Position numbers and translations under genes: made by a program. Of a stretch of 32,000 nt of DNA, positions 23,138 through 32,000 are shown in pieces. The stretch lies in the sequence record LT986467.1. One strand, 5' to 3'. Position 1 is the stretch's first letter; each line of letters begins with the position of its first letter. The notes below the pieces were generated by a model. The model did no database searches. It had not been told where the DNA came from and saw only the letters and a list, made by a program, of their open reading frames with translations.

Positions 23138-23178
23138 GGATAAAACATTGCCAGTGAACAACGGGTAATGTTTTATCC
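23138..23178 (+). repeat. Hairpin element with GTGAACAAC loop (copy G)
   Basis: ggataaaacattgcc aGTGAACAAC gggtaatgttttatcc. GGATAAAACATT and AATGTTTTATCC are perfect complements. Confidence 0.75.
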
Positions 23179-24270
23179 GTATTACATTATATTATATTAT
23201 TAATTGAAAATAATATTATTACTATTTTTACTTTATTATAAATTAATAAATATTATAAACTTTATTAAATATATAATAATTATTATTACACTTTTTAATT
23301 ATAATCTCTATTTTAATTATGATACTCTTTAATTATATTATATTATATTATATTATATTATAATATGTAATTTATATATATTTTTATAATAATTGATTGA
23401 TATTTATTAATAATGAAGTTATATTAATATATTATTATTATTATATAAAATATTATTATTTATTATTATTATTTTTTTTTCCTCTTTATTATTAATTATA
23501 ATTATATAATTATATTATATTATATTATATTATATATTATTATATATTATATTTAATATTTATTATTTATACTTTTTATATGTTATTTTTATTATTTATA
23601 AAATTAATATTAATAGGATTTTTATATTTATTTATTTATTATTATAAATATGAATTTTTTATTTATTTATTTATTAAAATACTTTCAATATTTTTAATAT
23701 ATTTATTTTATTTTATATATAATATATTATTTATATATATTATATATTATTATTATTATTAATATAATTTTTATAATAAATTAATATATTAAACTATATA
23801 TAATATATATATATATATGATTTTTATTATTAAATATATAAAGTAGTTAAAATAATGAATTATTACATTAATCATAAAAGTATAAATTATATTAAAATTA
23901 TTATTAAATTAATATAATAAATTATTATAATTTATTATTTATAAATAAATATATTTATTAATAATTATAAAAAAAATAAAATAGAATAAACATTACTTGT
24001 ATTACATAATATATAATTATATATCTAATGAATATTATTTATTATTTATTATAAACATTTAATATTTAGATAAATAAAGTTATTATAAATTAATAAATAA
24101 AAAGTATATATAAAAATTTTTTTTATTATAAAATTCTTTATTATAAATTTATATTATATAAAATATTAATTATTGATTAATTAATATTTATTATTTTATT
24201 TATTATTTATTAATAATATATAAATTATTATTAATATATATATATTTTATTCTTTATATTTTATATTATA

Positions 24271-24560
24271 GGTGGGGTCCCAATTATTATTTTTAATAAT
24301 AATTTATTAAGGGACCCGGATATCTTCTTGTTTTTATTTAATTATTTTATATATTTAATTTTATTTATGATTTATATTTTATTTTATATAATTTATTATA
24401 TTGTTTATACATTATTTATATTATATAATAAATTAATTTATAATTATTATATATTGATTATATTATAAAATTTATCTTATGTATGCTTTATATATATTTA
24501 ATAGTTAAGTTTCTAATCACCCACCCCCTCCCCCTATAAAATTTAATTTATTACTTATAT
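24271..24560 (-). promoter_or_regulatory. ori/rep element with A, B, C clusters, no GC-cluster insertions and an intact nonamer promoter
   Basis: Cluster A is ggtggggtccc (24271-24281), B is gggacccgga (24311-24320) and C is atcacccaccccctccccct (24516-24535). tacttatat (24552-24560) is ATATAAGTA on the minus strand. About 14 extra AT nt separate C from the nonamer compared with the 9.1-kb copy. Confidence 0.85.
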
Positions 24561-25604
24561 ATTAGCAAAAATAATAAATATAAAAAATATCTAAATATCT
24601 CTTTTTAATAATATATATATATATATATTATATATATTAAAAAAAAATAAATACAAATATATATATATTACTTTATATAAATTTATTATTAAATTATAAT
24701 AAAAAATATTCATCTTCATTATAATTATTATAAATACTATTAAAGTATAAATATTATTTTTTTATATTTTTATTATTAATATTATATCTTTAATAATATT
24801 TTATTAATGAAATTATTATATAAATAATTTATAATTATAATTATATATAATATTATAAATATATTAAATAATAATAATATATATTCATAATTTATAAAAA
24901 TTATATTTTTATATATAAAATTATGATTAATATAATATAATTTAATTTCAATAAATAACATAATAGTATTCTATTAATTACATTATATTGTATTACATTA
25001 TAAAGATTAATTAATAATAATAATTAATAACTTTCATAGTTAAATTAATTGGAATAAATATTTTTTCTAATGAACAATGAGATTTAATTGTATCCTAATT
25101 ATAATTATAATTATGGAAAGGAATTAATAAATAGTTACAATTGAGGTATCGATATAGTAATCGAAAACCCAAAAAGAAGTAAATTAATATTTTATTAATT
25201 TATGATTTATCATTAATAATATACAATTATATTTTTCTATTATATTATATTATATTTTATTTTTTTTTTATTATTATTTATAATAAATATTATTTATAAT
25301 AATATTAATTATGTATTTTATATTAAATATTATATAAATATATTTTAATAATATATATATTCTATTATATTATATTATATTATATTATAACATTAATAAT
25401 AACTAATAATTTTATTATATATAATTTATATATAATATATAATAAAATAAATAAAGATTTAATAATAATATAAAATAAGTAACATTAATAATATATTATA
25501 TTATTATTATATAATATAAATAAAAAGGTATAATAATAATTATTAAATATATAAAAAAATTATAATAATAATAATATCAATAAATAGATATTTATATGAA
25601 ATAA

Positions 25605-25616
25605 AAGAATATTATT
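25605..25616 (-). promoter_or_regulatory. 3'-end dodecamer of ATP6
   Basis: Exact aagaatattatt, about 85 nt 3' of the ATP6 stop. Confidence 0.8.
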
Positions 25617-25699
25617 AAAAATAGGGGGTATATTGTATTTATTATAAGTTTAATACTTTAATATATAAATCCTTTTATTTATAATTTTTATTTTATAAT

Positions 25700-26479
25700 T
25701 TAATGTAAGTATACTGCATCTTTTAAATATGATGCTGTTAAGATAAGTCAAACATAAGCTTGGATAATACCAATAGCGAATTCTAAAATCATAATAGCTA
25801 AGATCATAGCTAAAGGTACAAAACCGAATACTAAAGTAAATAAATTAATTAACATAAAATTAAATAGTAAACCACCTAAAATAACCATTAATAAATGACC
25901 AGCTAAGATATTAGAACCTAATCTTAAACCTAATGAAATAGATCTAGCGAAATAAGATAAAGTTTCAATAATAACTAATAAAGGTACTAATGGTAATGGT
26001 GTACCAGCAGGTACGAATAATGAGAAGAATACTCAACCATGTTTATATAAACCTAAAATAGTATTACCTAATCAAATAATAATACTTAAAGAGATAATAA
26101 ATACTAAATGAGCTGATAATGCAAATGAATATGGGATCATACTAATTAAATTAGCAATAAAAATAAACATAAATAATGTAAAGATCATAGGGAAATATAA
26201 ACCTCAATTTTTACCTCCAATTTGTCCTTTAAGCATATTTATAATAGTATCATAAATAGCTTCTTGTGAAATTAATCATCTTGAACCAATAATTTTATTA
26301 TTATTATTAGTTAATAGATATAAACTTATAATAACTAATAATACAATAATAGTATATAATGAAAATGTTGTTAAATTTAAACAACTTAAATCAATAAATG
26401 ATGATTGTAAACCAAATAATAGTCTAATTTCAAATTGATCTAATGGTGATGTAATATATGTATTTAATAAATTAAACAT
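25700..26479 (-). CDS. ATP6: F0 ATP synthase subunit 6 (a subunit)
   Basis: Track [36 protein letters not shown]... continues through TGA codons (..[17 protein letters not shown]..) and ends GAT GCA GTA TAC TTA CAT TAA (DAVYLH*). Length is 780 nt (259 aa). Confidence 0.96.
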
Positions 26480-27115
26480 AATAATATATAAATTTATAAA
26501 CTATAACTTATAAATAATTAATCATAATAATCTTTAATTATAATATAATTTATATAATATAAAATATATAATATATATATAAATATATTAATAAATATAA
26601 AGATAAAAATAAGATTAATTATTATATATATATATATATAATGAATTATATATATATAATATTTGTATTTAATAATTTTTATTAATATAAGAATTTTTAT
26701 AATTATTAATTTATTATAATTAATAAAGAATCCTTAATCATATATTATTTATTAATAATAAATCATAAATGATTATTAAAAATAATAATAATTTATTAAT
26801 GGTAAAAACCTCCTTATTAATATAATATATAATATATAATTCTTATTAATATTTTATTTCTAAATTAATATATTATAATTATATAATAATATATAATATT
26901 GTTATTTACTTATGAAATAAATATTAATATTATTTGATAAATAATATAATATAATACTATTCGATTAAAATGTATTCAATATAAATATATAAATATATAA
27001 ATATATAAATTATTAATTATTATATATATATAAATAAACATAAATATTATTTTTTATTAATAGAATAATTTTATTATGTTTATTTAACATAAATAAATAA
27101 ATCATATAAATAATA

Positions 27116-27262
27116 TTATAATTTAGAAATAAATAATCTAGATACATATAATCTTAAGATCATAGGTAAAAATAATTGTGAGAATAAAATTAATAATAGA
27201 ATCATTAATAAGAAACCATATGTTAATTGATTCATAAAATAAAATGGAACTAATTGTGGCAT
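27116..27262 (-). CDS. ATP8: F0 ATP synthase subunit 8
   Basis: ATG CCA CAA TTA GTT CCA TTT TAT TTT ATG AAT CAA TTA ACA TAT GGT = MPQLVPFYFMNQLTYGFLLMI...LPMILRLYVSRLFISKL*; 48 aa. Confidence 0.96.
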   Translation of the reverse strand: MPQLVPFYFMNQLTYGFLLMILLLILFSQLFLPMILRLYVSRLFISKL

Positions 27263-27591
27263 TTTTTTATATATTTTTATATAAGATTAATAACAACATT
27301 ATAATAATTTAATAAATATTTAATAAATATTTAATAAAAATATATATATATTATAAAAATAATATATATATATAATTAATATAAATAAATAATATATTTA
27401 TAAAAAAAAAATATTATAATAGATTAAACATTAATATAAAATAACTGACATAATATAAATATTATCAAATGTAAATATTTATTTTAATAAATTATTAAAT
27501 AAATTATTAAATAATTACATTAGTCCGACTTTATGGAGATATTTATATTATAAATAATTATATGTAAAATATAAATATATTCTTAATATAT

Positions 27592-27652
27592 TCTCCTTTT
27601 GGGGTTCCAATTGGCTCCCGTGACCGGGCCCCAATTAGAACTATAATATATT
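27592..27652. repeat. GC cluster, left arm of a ~75-nt inverted repeat
   Basis: ttctccttttggggttccaattggctcccgtgaccgggccccaattagaact. Confidence 0.9.
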
Positions 27653-28048
27653 TATTTATATCCTATATTTATATATAAAATAAAAACTATTTTTATCTTT
27701 TTAATAAAACAATATATTAATATTATAAATAATATATCTATAATTTAATTAAATTGGATACAATTAATTTAATCCGTTTATTAATATAAATATTAATATT
27801 AATATTAATCAGATAAATGTATTGTTAGATCCTAATTATAATTATATTTTATTTAGTATTAATAATACTAAACATACTATTATATATTTATAAATAATAA
27901 ATAATAATAATTTGTATTAATAATATTATTATTATAAAATAATAATAATATTATAATATATTTAATAATTATATAATATTCATTAATATATTAAATTATA
28001 TATATTATAAAAAAATAATTATTAATATTATTTATATTTTTATTAATA

Positions 28049-28105
28049 CCTCCTATTGGGGTTTCGATTCCCGTTATCGGGCCCCAATTACATTAATTGG
28101 AACTT
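28049..28105. repeat. GC cluster (same family, forward orientation)
   Basis: cctcctattggggtttcgattcccgttatcgggccccaattacattaattggaact. Confidence 0.9.
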
Positions 28106-28759
28106 AATAAATTTTATTATTTAATATAGTTTCGATTCCTAATATGATTATAAATATGTAAATCAATTAATTAAAACCTTTATAGGAATAAATATATTAT
28201 ATAAATATCAAAAAAAATTAATATTATTATTTTATTAATTTAATAAATGATACTTTTTTTTTAATATCTACTTTTAATTATATATATATATATATATTAT
28301 ATAATTAAAATAACTATAATATAATTATAAATATAATTTATAATATATTTATATTAATTAATAAATTATTAATATAATATTAAATATTATAATTAATATC
28401 TTATTTAATATTAATAATATAAAACATACTATTATATATTATATATTATATAAATAATAAATAATATTAACAATATCTACAAAATATTTATATTTATATT
28501 TAAATGTCATTAAATATAAATAATAATATGAATTATATATAATATTATAAAAATAATACAATAATAATATAAACTTTATATTAATATTTATAAAAATTAA
28601 TACAATAATAATTATATAAAATAATATTAATTATATAATATTCATGAATATATTAAATTATATATATTATAAAAAAATAATCATAAATATTATTTATATT
28701 AATGATATATATATTATTATATATATATGTATAATAGGATTATATAAATATTTATTTAT

Positions 28760-28811
28760 AGTTCTAATTGGGGCCCGGCCATGGGAGCCAATTGGAACCC
28801 CGAGAGGAGAA
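28760..28811. repeat. GC cluster, right arm of the inverted repeat (reverse orientation of 27592-27652)
   Basis: agttctaattggggcccggccatgggagccaattggaaccccgagaggagaa. Confidence 0.9.
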
Positions 28812-28855
28812 TATATTAAGATATTTTATTTTTATTTATATATTTTTATTTTTAT

Positions 28856-28867
28856 AAGAATATTATT
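28856..28867 (-). promoter_or_regulatory. 3'-end dodecamer of COX1
   Basis: Exact aagaatattatt, about 70 nt 3' of the COX1 stop. Confidence 0.8.
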
Positions 28868-28936
28868 ATTATATATATTAAGTTTAGATATAATATTTAC
28901 TTTTTAATTATTAAGTAAATAATTAAATTTTATAAC

Positions 28937-29434
<498 letters not shown>

Positions 29435-29499
29435 CTACAAAAAAAATATTATATATATATATTATTTATTTTTATTCTTATTTTTTTTTATACATTAAT

Positions 29500-29511
29500 A
29501 AGAATATTATT
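29500..29511 (-). promoter_or_regulatory. Dodecamer embedded in the last codons of the decayed intron ORF
   Basis: Exact aagaatattatt (..AAA ATA ATA TTC TTA TTA..), 20 nt before the terminal TAA at 29478-29480. Confidence 0.55.
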
Positions 29512-29866
29512 TTTCATTTAAATTTATTAATTTTTCTATAATAATTAATAATAATTATAGCATTATTTAATTGTTTATTTTTTATATTATAAGATATTAA
29601 TAATAGTTTACTAAAATATAATAAATCAATAAATATAGTTTTAATATTAGATATAAATTGTATTTTATTAATTATTAATAAATAAGTAATATTTAATAAT
29701 AAATATTGTCTATATTTTATAATACTTAATATTTTATATTTATTAAAATATTCAATAAAAGGTTTTATACCAATATTAGAAGTTACTAGATAAATATGAG
29801 CATAAGTATCAGATTTAAAATCTCTTTTATATACTGTATCAAGATTACTATATTTTTTAATAATAT

Positions 29867-29904
29867 CTCCTTTGGGGTCCGTCCCCCATTGGGCGGACCG
29901 GACT
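29867..29904. repeat. GC cluster (CTCCTTTGGGGTCCG...CGGACCGGACT type) inside the intron ORF, read through in frame
   Basis: ctcctttggggtccgtcccccattgggcggaccggact, translated on the minus strand as ..LVRSAQWGTDPKGD.. Confidence 0.9.
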
Positions 29905-30200
29905 AAAATATAACTTTCTTTTTGAGATAATTCATATTTTATAACAATAAGTAATTTATTACTTAAAGCACTATAAAAATAATCATCTGCATCAGTAAAT
30001 CCTATTAATCATGGATTTAATAATACATTAAATTCTATAAATTTTATTAATAAAATATTTAATTTTTTATCAAAATTATATTTGTAATATTGATCATATC
30101 TTTTATATGTTAATAATTTACCATTAATATAATAAAAAAAAAAAATTATTTGTTCTGATTCTTTTATAATATTTCATTTAACTACTGTTAATTATTTTTT

Positions 30201-30235
30201 AGTCCGGCCCGCCCGCGGGGCGGACGCCGAAGGAG
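30201..30235. repeat. GC cluster of the same type in opposite orientation inside the intron ORF
   Basis: agtccggcccgcccgcggggcggacgccgaaggag, followed 7 nt later (minus strand) by an in-frame TAA. Confidence 0.9.
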
Positions 30236-31127
30236 AATTATTTTTATAATCAATATATCCTATTTTTAAATATTAATATAAATAATGAGCTAAAGGTGCA
30301 TTTTCAATAGAAAATACAATTGAAAATGTTCTAGTATAAATATTATCATCTTCTTCAAATAAATCAGATAAATAATAACCTTTCTCTTTTTCAGTAAAAT
30401 CTTCTAATATTTATGATAAATTATTATTATTATCTTTATATAATTTTATTTAATATTTATTTATAATATCTTTATAATTATTTAAAATATCTTTATAAAT
30501 ATTATTAATATCATTCACAGTCGCAAAACCAGTAATTAAATGAATTTGTGATGCTAAACTTATATTATTATTTATTATTATATTATTATTAGAAATTATA
30601 TTATTATTATTTAATAATAATTATATTAGAATAATTAAAACCTATAAAAATAAAATATATAATTTAAATTTTATATCAGTTTATAATCTTTTATAAAAAA
30701 AAATAATAATAAAAAAGATTATATATTTATAACTAATATAATAATATATATATTTAATATTTTTTTTTTAATATTAACTTATATTTACATATAAGATTGG
30801 ACTATCTCTTAATTTTAATATTTAAATAATATTAAAATCATTCACGTTTAGTCTCTACAATACTTTAATATATAATATATATATATTAAAGTTATCACGG
30901 GATTGTCTTATTTATTATATAAATAATAATTATAAGAGTTTCCCCGTTAGCTATATATATATATATATATAACCAATAATATTTAATAATTTTTTATTTA
31001 TATAAAATTAATCATAAGATATTAATTTTTTATATATTTTTTATATATTTATTATAATTTATTATATATTATTTTAGTGAATTTTTATCACGACACTTAT
31101 TAAATTAAAATTAAAATTAATATTAAT

Positions 31128-31262
31128 ATCGTGGAATGCTACATCTAATGAGGCGTTAGCTAAGGCAACACCAGTTAAACCACCCATTGTGAATAAGAAT
31201 AAGAATGCAATTGCATATAACATAGGTAGTGCTAATCTAATTGAACCACCATAGATTAGAGC
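31128..31262 (-). CDS. COX1: Cytochrome c oxidase subunit 1, penultimate exon (135 nt)
   Basis: GCT CTA ATC TAT GGT GGT TCA ATT AGA TTA GCA CTA CCT ATG TTA TAT GCA ATT GCA TTC... = [45 protein letters not shown] (CTA=Thr). Confidence 0.93.
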
Positions 31263-32000
31263 CCTTTAATTTAACTTTAAAACATTTCAGTTTCAATTAA
31301 TAAAAATAATTTTAATTAATTTATATAATATTATTATTATATAATATTATCTAGCTAGTTAAATTTTATATTATAATAAAAAAAATTATGATTATAATAT
31401 CCTCAATTAAGAGGTCGAATATTAATATTATTATTAATACTTAAAACAAAATTATTGTTTTAAAATCATTACTGATCTCATTGGATTATACCTTATGTTA
31501 TCATATAATATATATATATATTACTTAGATAACCAGAGGCGTCTAATCTCTACGCTTTTACATATTAATTTCTTGAATATGATTTAGTTCGACGGTTGTC
31601 ATATAATTATTACTTATTCTAATTATATGGTTTTCCTCGAGTTTGCCTCTATATATATCAAAAAATGGGATAAATAATAAATAAATAAATTAATTAATTA
31701 ATTAATTAATTAATCATATTATATTTTTTGTCATAATATAATATCAAATTTATATTTTATAGAAGGTAAAATATATTTATAAATTATAGGAAATAATCTT
31801 TTAACAGATTCTACTTTTATATAAATAAGATATTGATGTCTAGATTTATGTAATAGACAATTTAAATTAAATTTAATTTTTAAAATATTTATAATAAAAA
31901 TTAATTCTTTAATTAGAAAAGATTGTAAATTTAAATATAAACCTCCACCTTTTATAAATGAACCATCACATATAATTATATGAGCTAAAGATTCATAATT
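31263..32000 (-). other. COX1 group I intron (aI5-alpha position), 3' part; continues beyond the window
   Basis: It ends ...TTAAAGG before GCTCTAATC, with about 455 nt of non-coding intron core 3' of the ORF. Confidence 0.8.
31719..32000 (-). CDS. C-terminal part of an intron-encoded LAGLIDADG homing endonuclease (I-SceIV-like position), 5' truncated by the window edge
   Basis: The open frame reads NYESLAHMIMCDGSFMKGGGLYLNLQSFTIKELIFIMNILKIKFNLNCTLHKSRHQYLIYMKVESVKRLFPMIYKYILPSMKYKFDIMLWQKM* (TAA at 31719-31721). MCDGSF is the second dodecapeptide motif. Confidence 0.8.

Larger units (their letters stand above)
29478..30620 (-). pseudogene. Decayed intron-encoded double-motif LAGLIDADG endonuclease/maturase ORF
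   Basis: One frame reads ..[45 protein letters not shown].. and ..NPWLMGFTDADDYFYSALSNK... It has in-frame TAA stops at 30450-52, 30411-13, 30273-75 and 30192-94, and the other frames are closed too. Both motifs have lost the terminal Gly. Confidence 0.7.
29435..31127 (-). other. COX1 group I intron at the HD|TYY junction (aI5-beta position)
   Basis: The upstream exon ends ...TTC CAC GAT and the intron ends ...TTTTGTAG before ACTTATTAT. S-like AAGAGATAGTCCAATC is the rc of about 30797-30812, preceded by R-like GTAGAGACTAAACG. Confidence 0.85.

Noticed and set aside
23580-23762. 60-aa plus-strand ORF
   Set aside because: It is pure AT-repeat translation (F/I/L/Y/K) in a spacer, on the strand that carries no protein gene. 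It has no expression signals.
25125-25185. Possible tRNA or tRNA-like structure (TCGAT-ATAGTA-ATCGA hairpin)
   Set aside because: The hairpin has a 6-nt loop lacking the TTCRANT T-loop signature. No acceptor, D or anticodon arms can be drawn around it.
28644-28907. 87-aa plus-strand ORF
   Set aside because: It spans the GC cluster at 28760-28811 and the COX1 dodecamer in antisense, and the sequence is low complexity.
29481-30191. The open 237-codon C-terminal half of the intron ORF considered as a functional free-standing single-motif endonuclease gene
   Set aside because: It is clearly the continuation of a two-motif ORF whose N-terminal half carries four stops. The surviving motif is degenerate (GFTDADD) and there is no obvious initiation context. 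It is treated as a pseudogene pending expression data.

Overview
This window is a segment of a Saccharomyces-type yeast mitochondrial genome. It is overwhelmingly A+T rich, with short G+C clusters, ori/rep elements and intron-rich mosaic genes. All protein genes and four of the five tRNAs lie on the minus strand. Read 5'->3' on that strand, the order is COX1 (3' part, two exons plus two introns, continuing past 32000), ATP8, ATP6, two ori elements, tRNA-Glu, COB (6 exons, 5 introns, 3 intron maturase ORFs), one ori, ATP9, tRNA-Ser(UGA), VAR1, tRNA-Phe, tRNA-Thr(UAG) on the plus strand, tRNA-Val, COX3. The supplied ORF track uses the standard code and so fragments every gene. The sequence only makes sense under the yeast mitochondrial code (TGA=Trp, ATA=Met, CTN=Thr). 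CTA/CTT codons sit at conserved Thr positions of COB, COX1 and ATP9, and the 8-nt-anticodon-loop tRNA-Thr(UAG) that reads them is present. Nonanucleotide promoters (ATATAAGTA-like) and 3' dodecamers (AAUAAUAUUCUU) flank the transcription units as expected. I cannot support any genuinely new protein-coding system here. The items most worth a second look are non-coding. (1) A dispersed conserved element family with a GAACAAC core, including hairpin copies and a paralogous 'empty' site. (2) Three ori elements that form a natural series: one clean, one with a GC cluster splitting the promoter, one lacking cluster C. (3) A decayed LAGLIDADG ORF in the last COX1 intron carrying two inverted GC clusters. 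(4) Segmental duplications and inverted repeats in the spacers. (5) A VAR1-trnF-trnT-trnV-COX3 linkage that differs from the S. cerevisiae S288C reference order. Coordinates were counted by hand, so allow +/-1-2 nt on boundaries.
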